A stretch of DNA of 64,000 nt. Origin: the human T2T-CHM13v2.0 reference genome, Homo sapiens. The stretch's first letter is position 1, and each line of letters begins with the position of its first letter. Both the position numbers and the translations under genes were made by a program. Shown here in pieces: positions 18,248 through 32,216 of this stretch. Location: NCBI RefSeq assembly GCF_009914755.1, contig NC_060926.1. One strand, given 5' to 3'. The notes below the pieces were generated by a model. The model was not told the DNA's origin. It saw only the letters and a program-made list of their open reading frames with translations, and ran no database searches.

Positions 18248-20111
18248 TGCTATGGTCTGGATGTTCGTATTCCCCCCAAAATTCACATGTTGAAACCTAA
18301 TCCCCAGTACGATAATATTTGAAGGCAGAACTTTTGGGAGGTGAGTAGAACATAGGGGCAAAGCCCTCATCAATCAGATTAGTGCCCTTTATAAAAGGCC
18401 CCAGAGAGCTTTCTCGCTCCTTCCAACATGTGAGAACACAGTGAGAGGGTGCCATCTGTGAACCAGGAAGAGAGTCTTCACCAGTCACTGAATCTGTTGG
18501 CACCTTGTTCTAAGACTTCCCAGCCTCCAGAGATATGAGAAATAAATTTCTGTTGTTTTTAAGCCACCCAGATTATGGTATTTTGTTGTTGTTGTTTGAC
18601 CACAAAGATATTTATTAAAGTTTATTTTGAATTGGGAAAAGAAGGAAACATTCTAGATGTTTTAGACTTAATACTAAATAAAATTATGGTATATTCATTT
18701 TGCAGAACACCATGTAGCCACTGTGGAAAAGAGACTTAACTAAATGGGCATGATGGCTGTTATTAGGGTGATGAAAATCTTCCAAAGCTGACTTATGGTG
18801 ATGGTTGTCGCACTCAGTAAAGTTACTGAAATAATTTAATTGTATGCACAAAATGGGTGAGTTTTATATTATATATATATTTTTACATTTGGAATTTTTT
18901 TAACTTTTATTTTAAGTTCAAGGGTACAAGTGCAGGTTTGTTACATAGGTAAGCTTTTGTCGTGGGGGTTTGTTGTACAGATTATTTCATCACCTAGGTA
19001 TTAAGTCTACTACCCATTAGTTGTTTTTCCTGATCCTCTCCCTCCTCCCACCCTCTGCCTTCTGAAAGGCCCCAGTGTATATTGTTCCCATCTATGTGTT
19101 CATGTGTTCTCATCATTACCTTCCACTTATAAGTGAGAACATGCCATTTCTGGTTTTCTGTTTCTGTGTTAGTTTGCTAAGGATAATGGCCTCCAACTCC
19201 ATACATGTCCCTGCAAAGGACTTGATGTCATTCTTTTTCATGGGTGCATAGTATTCTGTGGTGTCTATGTACCACATTTTCTTTATCCAGTCTATCTCTG
19301 ATGGGCATTTGGTTGATTCCATGTCTTTGCTATTGTGGATAGTGCTACAATGAACATACGTGTGCATGTGTCTTTACAATAGAATGATTTATATTTCTTT
19401 GGGTATATACTCAGTAATAAGATTGTGGGGTTGAATGGTGTTTCTGTCTTTAGGTCTTTGGGGAATCACCACACTGTCTTCCACAATGGCTGAACTAATT
19501 TACACTCCCATACACCCTTCCAAGACTGAACCAGAAATAAACTGAATCCCTGAACAGACCAATAATGAGTTCTGAAATTGAGGCTGTAATAAATAGCCCA
19601 CCAACCAAAACAAGTCCAGGACCAGATGAATTTGCAGCTGAATTCTACCAGATGTACAAAGAAGAGCTGATACCACTCCTACTGAAACTATTCCAAAACA
19701 TTGAAAAAGAGAGACTTCTCCCTAACTTATTCTATAAGGCCAGCATTATCCTTATAAGCAAAACCTGGCAGTTATATAACAAAAAAAGATAATTCAGGCC
19801 AATATCCTTAATGTAATGAACATCAATGCAAAAGTTCTCAGCAAAATACTGGCAAATTGAATCCAGCAGCCCAAGAAAAAGCTTATCCATCATGATCAAG
19901 TAGGCATCATCCCCAGGATGCAAGGTTGGTTCAACAAGGTTGGTATCACAATCAATAAATGTGATTCATCACATAAACAGAACTGAAGACAAAAAACATG
20001 ATTATCTCAATAGATGCAGAGAAAGCTTTTGATAAAATTCAAAATCCTTGCTAAAATCCTTTAATAAACTGGGTATTGAAAGAACATACCTCAAAATAGT
20101 AAGATCCATCT

Positions 20112-22743
20112 GAGTCTGCTCTGACTTGCGGCAGCCGCCCCCTTCTGCACAGTCATGCCAAGTCAGCGCCTGGGCCTGGAACCCGGCCACAGCCCCTCAG
20201 CTTCGCCCACCGCCTCCTGACCATGGAACCCCACAAAGTGAACGAGCTTCGGGCCTTTGTGAAAATGTGTAAGCAGGATCCGAGCGTTCTGCACACCGAG
20301 GAAATGTGCTTCCTGAGGGTGTGGGTGGAGAGTATGGGGGGTAAATACCACCTGCTACTCAGAAAGCTAAATCAGACGAAAATACCAAGGAAGAAAAACC
20401 TGGTAGTAAGAAAGTGGAGGAAGACTTAAAGGCAGACAAACCATCAAGTGAGGAAAGTGATCTAGAAATTGATAATGAAGGTGTGATTGAACCAGACACT
20501 GATGCCCCTCAAGAAATGAGAGATGAAAATGCAGAGATAACAGAGGAGATGATGGATCAGGCAAATGATAAGAAAGTAGCTGCTATTGAAGCCCTAAATG
20601 ATGGTGAACTGCAGAAAGCCATTGACGTTTTCACAGATGCCATTAAGCTGAATCCTCACTTGGCCATTTTGTATGCCAAGAGGGCCAGTGTCTTTGTCAA
20701 ATTACAGAAGCCAAATGCTGCCATCCAACACTGTGACAGAGCCATTGAAATAAATCCTGATTTAGCTCAGCCTTACAAGTGGCGAGGGAAAGCACACAGG
20801 CTTCCAGGCCACTGGAAAGGAGCAGCCCATGATCTTGCCCTTGTCTGTAAATTGGAGTATGATAAAGATGCTAGTGCAACGCTGAAAGAAGTCCAATTTA
20901 GGGCTCAGAAAATTGCAGAACATCGGAGAAAGTATGAGCAAAAATGTGAAGGGTGAGAGATCAAAGAAAGAGTAAAAAGAGTTAAGAAGGCATGAGAAGA
21001 GCATGAGAGAGCCCAGAGGGAGGAAGCAGCCAGACAACAGTCAGGAGCTCAGTATGGCTCTTTTCCAGGTGGCTTTCCTGGGGTAATGCCTGGTAATTTT
21101 CTTGGAAGAATGCCTGGAATCGGAGGGGGCATACCAGGAGTGGCCAGAATGCCTGGGCTTAATGAAATTCTTAGTGATCCAGAGGTTCTTACAGCCATGC
21201 AGGATCCAGAAGTTATGGTGGCCTTCCAGGATGTGGCTCAGAACCCAGCAAATATATCAAAATACCAGAGCAACCCAAAGGTTATGAATCTTATCAGTAA
21301 ATTGTGAGCCAAATTTGGAGGTCAAGCATAATGCCCTTCTGATAAATAAAGCCCTTGCTGAAGGAAAAGCAACCAAGATCACCTTACAGATGTCACAATA
21401 ATACAAACCAGTGTACCTCTGACCTTCTCATCAAAAGATCTGGGGTGCTTTGAAGATAATTCCTACCCCTCTCCCTCAAATGCAGCTGAAACATTTTACA
21501 GTGGTTTGCCATTAGGGTATTCATTCAGATAATGTTTTCCTACTAGGAATTACAAACTTCAAACACCTTTTAAACCTTAAAAATATTTAAAACAAATTTA
21601 AAGCATCTGTTAATTATCATATTTTTATTTGCTAACCATTTTGGATTTTTTTCTTTGAATTATTGGGCAGGGAATATACATATGTATGGAAGATTATTGC
21701 TCTAGTTTGAGTGAAATAAAAGTATATTAGTGTGAGGGAAACATAACTCATTTGAGGATAAAGTTTGTGTTGGATATATGGTTCCTGAAGCATTTTGACT
21801 TGTCTTTTTAAATGCTTTATCTTTTTCTTTAAAGATTTATATCAATAAAACTAATTGGGACCACCACTATTTCAGTAGGACCTGGGTAGGGACTGGAAGT
21901 ACTTGGCAGGGCAGCAGCAATCTTGCTGTCCTTTATATAACATGCATACTTTTGCAGATTGCCCTTAAACCTTACACTGTGGTGAAGGGATGATTTTTTT
22001 GTAATCCTGCAGTACAGTTGGAGTACTTAGTTCTGCTCTTGTCCAATATATCTAATAAATATTTCATATTATTTCCACATAGGGGAAATAAGGGATTACT
22101 TTTCTTTTTATATGTCTTTGTTTAAAATTATCTTTCCTAGTCAAAAAAATGCCCAACTCTGTGTCTGCTTTCTGCTTGTTAAATTTTTCTCCCTTACTTT
22201 TCTTGGGCTAAAGACAGGCTTTTTCCACCAGCATCATCACTGTTATCATCATTAACAGCATAATTTTAGAAGCATATTTAATGCTGAGTTTAATTTAATA
22301 TGTAGTACATATGGTAATTGTATTGTAATACCCACAACAACTGTAGTTTCTTACTTGGCCATGAGAATGCTTTTTTAAGTGTTAGACTTCCACTCTGGCA
22401 AAATCTTGTCATATCAAAAGACGTCGGAAAGAGGGATTCCCTTTGGTGTTTGGTCTTCTACTTAGAAAACACCTAGTGCAGTTAGAGTTTATCTTGTAGT
22501 ATTCCTCTCTGTATTCTGAAGATAATAAGGTTTGAATTAAATTGATCTACACAGAGGGGAACCAATTTTTTTGATCCAGTGTGAATTATAAATGAGATAA
22601 TTCAGTTATTCATTGTGGAATTCTTGAGACTATGAAAGGCTCATTGTCTTTGTATTCGGCTCTTCCTTAAATAGAGTAACCATACCCCCACCTCTGCTTG
22701 CTTTCTTTCCCTCCAATGATAAAGAAAATGATAAATTTAAAAA
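20112..22743 (+). pseudogene. ST13P: ST13 (Hsc70-interacting protein, Hip) processed pseudogene with 5'UTR, CDS remnant 20223-21331 and long 3'UTR
   Basis: [31 protein letters not shown] region ([22 protein letters not shown]), STI1-like end ([26 protein letters not shown]); intronless; frameshift near 20345, stops at 20954, about 20993 and 21305; short A tail; TSD aagatccatct (20101-20111) / aagagccatct (22744-22754). Paralog number not determinable here. Confidence 0.96.
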
Positions 22744-23004
22744 AAGAGCCATCTATGACAAACCCTCAGCGAACATCATACTGAATGGGCAAAAGCTGGA
22801 AGCATTCCCCTTAATACTTGCACAAGACAAGGATGCCCCTCTCGCCACTCCTATTCAACATAGTATTGGAGTTCTGGACAGAGCAATCAGGCAAGTGAAA
22901 GAAATAAAGGGCATTCAAATAGCAAGAGAGGAGGTCAAACTATCCCTGTTTGCAGATAACATGATTCTATATCTAGAAAACCCCATTAACTCAGCCCAAA
23001 AACT

Positions 23005-23340
23005 TTTTGTTTGTTTGTTTTATTATTGTTTTGGTTTGGTTTTTTTGTTTTGTTTTGTGGGACAGAGTCTCGCTCTGTCGCCCAGGCTGGAGTGCAATGA
23101 CACAATCTGTGCTCACTGCAACCTCCACCTGCCGGGCTCAAGCAATTCTCTGGCCTCAGCCTCCTGAGTAGGTGGGATTACAGTTGCCCACCATCATGCC
23201 TGGCTAATTTTTGTATTTTTAGTAGAGATGGGGTTTCATCATGTTGGTCAGGGTGGTTTCAAACTCCTGACCTCAAATGATCTGCCCCCCTCGGCCTCCC
23301 AAAGTGCTGGGATTACAAGTGTGAGCCACTGTGCCTGGCC
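23005..23340 (-). mobile_element. AluS inserted in the L1PA ORF2
   Basis: Reverse Alu with (TTTG)-rich tail; cagcccaaaaac / cagccgaaaagc TSD-like. Confidence 0.92.
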
Positions 23341-24734
23341 AGCCGAAAAGCTTCTTAAGCTTATAAACAATTTCAGCAAAGTCTCAAGTTACAAAATTAA
23401 TTTGCAAAAATCACTAGCATTCCTATATACCAACAATAGTCAAGCTGAGTGCCAAATCATGAACGAACTCCCATTTACAATCGCCACAAAAAGAATAAAA
23501 TACGTAGGGATATAGTTAACCAGGCAGGTGAAAGATCTCTTTCATGAACTGCAATGAAAAAATTGCTCAAAGAAATCAGAGATGACACAAATGGAAAAAC
23601 ATTCCATGCTCATAGACAAGAATCAACACAGTTAAAATAGGCATACTGACCAAAGCAATTTATAGATTCAATGCTATTCCCATTGAACTACCATTGGGAT
23701 TTTTCACAGAACTAGAAAAAAACTATTTTAAAATTCATACAGAAGCAAAAAGAACCTGAATAGCCAAGGCAGTTACAAAAAGGACAAAGCTGGAGGCATT
23801 GCTCTATCTGACTTCAAAATATACTACAGGGCTACAGTAATCAAAACAGCATGGTACTGGTACAATAACAGACACATAATGGTACTGGTACATAACAGAC
23901 CAATGGAACAGAATAGAGAACCCAGAAATAAGGCTTCACACCTTCTACTATCTGATCTTCACCAAACCTGACAAAAACAAGCAATGGGGAAAGGATTCTC
24001 TATTCAGTAAATGGCACTGGGAGAACTGGCTAGCCATATGCAGAAGATTGAAAATGGACCCCCTTCCTTACAACATATACAAAAATTAACTCAACATGGA
24101 TCAAACACTTAAACATAAAACCCAAAATTATAAAAATTCTGGAAGACAACCAAGGCAATACCATTCAGGACATAGGCATGGGCAAAAATTTCATGACAAA
24201 GACACCAAAAGCATTTGCAATAAAAACAAAAATGGACAAGTGGAATTTAATTAAACTAAAATGCTTCTGCACAGCAAAAGAAACTGTCAGCAGAGTAAAC
24301 AGACAACCTACAGAATGGGAGAAAATTTTTACAAACTATGCATCCGACAGAGGTCTAATATTCAGCATCTATAAGGAACTTAAACAAATTTATAAGAAAA
24401 AAACTAACAGCCCCATAAAAATTGGGCAAAGGACATGAACAGACACTTTTCAAAAGAATTCGATATTTTAAAAATAGCTAAATAAATTTGTTAAAAACAA
24501 AACCAAAAGTATTCCTATTACACATGTACATATACATACATGATTACATCATGAATAATTTTGATTATATATGCAAATACTTTTAATCTTAGTGCAAGCA
24601 AAATTTTAAATCTATATGAAATAGGACTTGATTATTAGATTTTTTTCCTGCCTGGATGGCTCGCTAGCCATCTGGTATTAATGTTTCTTAAATTTTCAGT
24701 GGTCTTCCATGCAAACAAATATATAATTTTTTAA

Positions 24735-25038
24735 ATCTTTTTTATTTTTATGGATTTCAGGGTACAAGTGAAGTTGTGTTGCATAGATACATTGTGTACT
24801 GGGCTTTTAGTGTACCTAATCATAAAAAAAGAAAAAAATCATGTGTCTTTTGCAGCAGCATGGTTGGAATGGGAGGCCATCATCCTTAGTGAAATGACTC
24901 AGAAAGAGAAAGTAAAAATCTCATATTCTCACTTAAAAATTGGAGCTAAACAATGGGTACATACATACTTACAGAGTGGAATAATAGACATTGGAAACAC
25001 CAAAAGGTGGGTCAGTAGGAGGTGGGTGAGGTGTGAAA
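24735..25038 (-). mobile_element. Short L1PB/L1MA-type element with 5' inversion (3' end on -, 24735-24818; inverted part on +, 24818-25038)
   Basis: T-rich tail plus ggtacaagtgaagttgtgttgcatagatac on +, followed by plus-strand atcatgtgtcttttgcagcagcatgg 3' region. Confidence 0.7.
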
Positions 25039-26057
25039 TATGCTATTTGGTTATAGCAGCCCAATCAAAGACAGTGATTCTAATGGAGACCAAGGGAGCT
25101 CTTTCTGAAGCTGATTGTAGTCTCGGATTGTGTGCCCATTGCCTGAGGATGTTTGGTTTGTGAAAATATATGGGCCTACAGACTTAAAATTTGTCAACTT
25201 TTATATCTATGTCTATATAAATACTTCTACGCAAAGTTTTATAAACAATATGGAAAAAAGATATAAATTAGTAGATATGTGTGTGACAATCCTCACTCAG
25301 CCTTGACTCACAGCCTTGAAATAATCAGTGCAGTCTTCCAGAAATGAGAAACCTGACTGCCCTTTAGGTCTGAGGAAAAAAAATAAATGCAGTTTGAATT
25401 GCCTTGTTTTAATTTTTTAATTTTTAATTTTAATTTTTATTTATATATAGCCACATACACACTCAAGTAACTTCTAACATCAAGTTAAAAACCATCTCTC
25501 TTGCTGAGCCATAGAGAGCTAGACAGACAGGTAGAATCAAACAACACACAAAATTGAGGTAAAAGTCAAGGCAACATGGACTGGAGTATAGCCAGAAAAG
25601 TTCTCATGTCCCCACTTCTGGGTAAGAGCCATAATCAGCTGGAAGAAATGGTGTCCTGCAACTGTCTCATGTCCTGCCTAGATATAGGAAGGCAGTTGTG
25701 ACCTCAAACAAGGCAGTATCTGTAGAGAGTTTGGGGGTCTATTTAAATCTGTGCTTTCTTGGGCAATTTGCATAATCCCCTTCAGAAGGTGGAGGATGAC
25801 ATGAACAGATGCTTTCACTTTTTAATTTTACCATTTTCTATACTACTAAACCAATCTAATTATGCTTGAAAATTTACAGGCAAACTTTCATGTTTCACTG
25901 ATTCACAATTTATTTCCCTTGATAATGCTAATTTTATAAAAATTTCGTCTTTAGCACTTGTGAAATTTTTGACGAATTAAAATTGGTGAATTGGTGAATA
26001 TTACAAATTTGCACGCTTCTAACAAAGAAAATTTAGCATGATTAAGACATTTTCTTT

Positions 26058-26790
26058 TAATGCAAATCAAAACCACAATGAGATACCATCTCACAAAAGT
26101 CAGAATGTTGATTATTAAAAAGGCAAATAACAGATGCTGGTGAGGCTGCAGAGAAAAAGGAATACTTATACATTGTTGGTGGGAATGCAAACTACTTCAG
26201 CCACTGTGGAAGGCAGTTTGGAGATTTCTCAAAGAACTAAAATAGAACTACCATTCAACCCAGCAATCCCACTACTGAGAATATACCCAAAGGAAAATAA
26301 CTCACTCGATTAAAAGGACACATGCACCCGCATGCTCATTGCCATAGTATTCACAATGGCAAAGACATGGAATCAACCTACGTGCTCATCAACAGTAGAT
26401 TGGATGAAGAAAATGTGGTACATATGCACCTTAGAATATTTGGCGGCCATAAATGAAATTGTGTCCTTCACAGAAACATGGATGCAGCTGGAGACCATTA
26501 CCCTAAGCAACCTAATGCAAGAACAGAAAACCAAATACCACATGTTCTCACTTATACATGGGAGCTAAACATTGAATACACATGAACATTAAGATGTGAA
26601 CAGTAGAGACTGGGGACCTCTAAACAAAAGAGGAAGGGAGAGGGGTATGCGTTGAAGAACCACCTGTTGGGTGCTATGCTTACAGCCTAGGTGACGGGAT
26701 CATTGAGACCCCAAGCCTCAGTGTCATGCAATTCACTCATGCAACAAACCTGCACATGCGCCCTTTAACCTATAATAAAAGTTGAATAAT
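26058..26790 (+). mobile_element. 5'-truncated L1PA (PA15/16-like) 3' end
   Basis: aatgcaaatcaaaaccacaatgagataccatctcac ... tataataaaagttgaa. Confidence 0.88.
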
Positions 26791-26845
26791 TTTTAAAGAT
26801 TTTAATATTCATCTGAGGAAAAATATTGACATAATTTAGCCTAAC

Positions 26846-27005
26846 GTCTCTGCCGCCATATTGTAGGAATCAGAAAATCTGCCAGGCATTTTTGAACTTA
26901 ATTTAAATGAGTTGTATGGCTTTGGGCAACTTTTTTCCTTCTGAGTTAGCATTCTCTAAATTGTTTTCCTCAAAATCAAGGGGAAAAATGATCCGCTTAA
27001 ATAAA
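26846..27005 (-). pseudogene. Candidate decayed exon
   Basis: Acceptor aactatttctccAG; LFKRIIFPLDFEENNLENANSEG, frameshift in A-run, KSCPKPYNSFKLSSKMPGRFSDSYNMAAE; weak donor GTTAGG; end phase matches the start of the 13919 exon. Confidence 0.4.
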
Positions 27006-27804
27006 CTGGAGAAATAGTTTGTTAAATAAGATAAGGATAAAGATTCATTGCTAGAAAACTTCAGAATCTTTGGCATGCTAGTTTTGCAAAATGAACCTCT
27101 AGAATGTAACATTCCCAAAATTATTTAAACACAGATTCCATTTTTATATAATACATATCACCATTTAGGGTTTTCTTTGGGGGGGGGGGTAGTTTAAAAA
27201 CATTGTTTTAGTACAAAACTTATGTTGACATATAAAGCTAATATAATAACTCTAAAACTATTTTCTAAGTATAATTAAAAGCCCAAGAAAACCAAATTTC
27301 ATTGGCAGATGAATCGACTAGATAAGGAATAAGAAGTGACTTTATGTTTATTTTGCCATTTCAACTGAATATTAACTTTTATACCATAGGGCAACCACAT
27401 CTAAAAAATAATTATTTGTCAGTGGCATCATTGCATCACGATAATCAATAACTAATTCTGAAAGAAATTACCAATCAACACTGAACTATTAATGAAGAAA
27501 TTGACAAGGTACTTAATTGTATCAAGAGCTAAGGAAATTTATCTACAATTCACATATATGATTAATAAATGGATTATCAAAGGTAATTATAGTTGCATTG
27601 ATCACCTGTTTCAAGTTTATTTTCTCAGATTATTTGTAATGAGATTAATTATCTCTACCTTTGTTTGCATTAAAGTAAACATTTCACATACACAGCAGTG
27701 TTTGGAGACCTTAAAGGAATGTACTTTAATGATGATAAGTCAATTTTTATAATCATCCATTTATCTTGAAGCTTTTATTAGTGCATTTTATTTTCTTTCA
27801 ATAG

Positions 27805-27828
27805 ATTCTTGCACTGAAGACTGTGATG
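27805..27828 (+). other. Candidate 24-nt microexon of an unidentified plus-strand transcript
   Basis: tgcattttattttctttcaatAG|ATTCTTGCACTGAAGACTGTGATG|GTAAGT; frame-preserving, two open frames (DSCTEDCD or ILALKTVM). Confidence 0.5.
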
Positions 27829-27929
27829 GTAAGTATACTGCTGTTGTTAAATTCAATAATTGATGTTGATATTATTCCGTATGATTGCACAACAGACTGC
27901 ATAAGTTGTAATTAAAAATCGGCAGCCTG

Positions 27930-28055
27930 TAGGAGAAAAACCTAATACAGATGGCAGGTTGATGGGTGCAGCAAACCACCATGGCACTTGTATACCTATG
28001 TAACAAACCTGCACGTTCTGCATATGTATCCCAGAACTTAAAGTATATTAAAAAA
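27930..28055 (+). mobile_element. Very short 5'-truncated L1PA 3' end
   Basis: gggtgcagcaaaccaccatggcac...; 16-bp TSD aaaaatcggcagcctg / aaaaatcagcagcctg. Confidence 0.9.
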
Positions 28056-28162
28056 AAAAATCAGCAGCCTGCAGACCAAATCCATCTCCCATATGGGTTT
28101 TGTCTGGCCTTTATCTTGCTCAATTGTTATTTCAAAGATAACTTTAAAAAATACACGTTCAA

Positions 28163-28739
<577 letters not shown>

Positions 28740-28973
28740 CTGAAAATAAAACATACTATAGTAGAAATATCCCTGAAGGAAGCAATAGAATAATTTGGCT
28801 TTAATCTCAGATTGCCCCTAATTTACTATCTAGTAATTGTCAAAACATTGCAGTTTCACTGACCTCAGAAGCTTCTTCTGTGAAATGAGAGTATTTGTGT
28901 CTTTTCGGTTTTAAGAAGTCCTTAAGCCTGTAATAAATGTTTTTAAAAATTAATAAATTAAGCCTCAATTTAG

Positions 28974-29300
<327 letters not shown>

Positions 29301-29761
29301 AATTTAGAGTGATTTTTACAACTTTAACAGATACATGCTACCTTCATTAGAAACTGTCAGCACATTAAAACAGTACTGCAGATGTTTACACACAGAGTAA
29401 TTGTGCATTTACACTCTCCATGAGCAGGGTTAAATTATTGTATTAACCTCGATTTAGCGTGCTAAGAATAATTCAGTGAGAAAAATTAAAGATGAGTGTC
29501 TCATGAAGGAATGGAGTAGTTATCACTTTGGTTGCTTAAGTACCAAATATTGTTTATGGAGTCTGATTCGGGGTTATGGTCAGGGTTCTGCAATCCTCTG
29601 CAATATATATGGGAGTCCACAAAGGATAGAAGTGGCTTAGTCACCTTAATACCAGGGTACATACACAACACAGAAGCCACTCTTCTGTGAGATTCAGGCA
29701 GAAGAGCCACTTATATATACATATGTATATATATGTATGTACACTTATATACACATAAACT

Positions 29762-30188
29762 TGATGCAGGGCAGGTTCTTGGCTTCACCCAGGTATTAAT
29801 TCAAGAGCGAGCTGGTGGTGGAAGAAAACAGCCTTATTGAGGCGGCAGCAGTCCTGCAGCTCTGTGACTGCTCCTCCGAAGCAGGGCTACCCCATAGGCA
29901 GTATGTGGAGAGTAGCGACTCAGGAGCAGTTCTGTAGTCACATTTATACCCGCTTTTAATGGTATGCTAAGTAAGGGGCAGATTATTTGGAATGAGCTAG
30001 AAAATGGGCAGTAACTTCTGGGTATTATCTTGGCAAGGATTGGTAACTTCTTGCTTGTGCCAAGGCAATGGTAAGCTGTCATGGCGCTGTTGGGCATGTT
30101 TTATGGAGAAGTGTCTTTTGTGCCTCTTCTAGGCTTTGGCCAGTCTTCAATCTGGTCCAGAGTTGTGGCCTGCCTGCCTCCTACCTCA
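29762..30188 (-). mobile_element. Solo ERV1 LTR, MER50-like
   Basis: Minus strand starts tgaggtaggaggcag...ggaccagattgaagactggcc and ends ...ctgcatca. Confidence 0.7.
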
Positions 30189-31887
30189 GACTTATCCATA
30201 TTTATAGTATGTTTATAGATACATAGCTTTTTTCCTTACGCCATCATAAAACCCACTCCCATTCCCCTTCTCCAGTGTGCATGCACTGTAATGCATCTGT
30301 TGTCTTTGAATAGCCATGAATCTGTGAAAACACAGTGTGGTTGCTGCTGCTGGTGGGAATAGTGGTGTGTATGTGTGTTTAATTTGAATAGATATGTTGC
30401 TAAAGCACTTATGTTGTACATATATATTGTTATTTTTTAAATTGCCTCTCTTCTACATAAATTTATAGTTTCTAACTGCTGCATAACATGCCACATATAC
30501 CTGTACAATATTTTACTTTGTTTCCTTGTATGTATGAATCTCCAATTATACTCAACTTCTCATTCACATGAATAATGTTACTATGAATATCCTTATAGAT
30601 ATACCTATTTTAAGTTTCTGTGGGTGAATTTCCCTAGTATGTATCTGGGAAAAGTTTTCCATAGAAGAGGTACATGCTGAATTTCACCAAGTATTGCCAA
30701 CGCAATATTCTTGTTTCTCCCCGTAATTCCATTCACTTGTTTTGGCAATACATACCCTTTAATTCTATTGATTCCAACATAATGACTATGGCAATAGCAT
30801 CTTTCTCCCTTAATATTTTTTCTGAATTTTCCCTCTGCTATCCACTCTGCATAAAATCTGTTATTTCCCCTCATAATTGATTGTAGCATCTCACATAGAA
30901 AAGAGTTCATAGGCTGTCTGATTTAATAATCTACATAAAAACATCTCATTAAGAGAAGTATGGCAGTAACTTTTTTTATAAAGTTACCCTCTAATGAAAC
31001 AAAAATTTGCTACCTCCAAATAGTATCCCCCTTTTTACATTATTTAGACCACTAAGGTATTTGTTTCTAAATAAAATCCTAAAAATTGATTTTGTATAAT
31101 TTTATACTTTCTTAAAGAAACAAATATGATGACATTTGTTTTGTTTTTCCAGTGGAAAAGCCATTTGTGCTTTCTCTTGAGGCAAAATTAACTAAACTAT
31201 TTTAGTGTCTATCAGTTTAAGATATGTTTTTCTTTGACACCTAAATTATATCCAGGAAAGTTAATAGCATTCTAATAACGCCTCAACACTTGAAAGTTAA
31301 TTGTTTGTGTTATTTTACTTCATTGCATTCTTCTCCTTGTTACATTTTGCTAAAGTGACTCATTTGATCTGAGAAACTTTTTTGTTTTGTTTCTGAAATG
31401 TTTAGAAGTAAAAAAAAATGATAAAATAAGCATATTATGCTTTGATTGTTAAACTTTGTGAATCCTAAACACTATACTACTTGCCTAGAAATAATTAAAA
31501 TAAATTATATTTTGATTAAATGGGATAATCCCCATACATCTAATTAGTTTAAATAATAAATATCATAGATTAAATGTGTTAAATTATTCATGCATCTAAT
31601 TAACAAAACACCAATCTATTAAAGAAAGAGCCCTATATCTTAGCATATTAATTATTTTGTTAAGTGCAATATTAAGCATTTGAGAAGTATTTAGGATTTT
31701 TCCTAACAGACTTGAGTCTTACACATATTCTTCAATATAAACTTAATTTAGGACCACAATCAACATGATTATTTGAAAAATTTGATGTTTTATATGCTAA
31801 AAATCTTAATTATAGTTATTGTTGGAAATATTTGTATTTTGGGGGAAAACTGTTAGAACATGCAACAATTATAAATTACTCAACTGA

Positions 31888-32216
<329 letters not shown>

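Larger units (their letters stand above)
18897..24457 (-). mobile_element. L1PA (PA11-13-like) with twin-priming 5' inversion: 3' end on - (18897-19510), inverted ORF2 segment on + (19511-24457)
   Basis: Minus-strand L1PA 3'UTR; orientation switch at 19510/19511; plus-strand ORF2 peptides ([32 protein letters not shown]; [29 protein letters not shown]). Confidence 0.85.
18248..25073 (+). mobile_element. MaLR LTR (MLT1A/MST-type) split by a 6.4-kb nested insertion: 18248-18587 and 25039-25073
   Basis: Starts tgctatggtctggatgtt; the terminal ttatagcagcccaatcaaagaca appears only at 25051-25073; duplicated tatggtattttgtt / tatgctatttggtt. Confidence 0.7.

Noticed and set aside
20223-21331. Functional ST13 gene
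   Set aside because: Intronless, frameshifted, several in-frame stops, A tail and TSD inside an L1.
31140-31190. Second plus-strand microexon after tttgtttttccAG
   Set aside because: No GT donor nearby (only gag|gcaaaa) and the length would not preserve frame.
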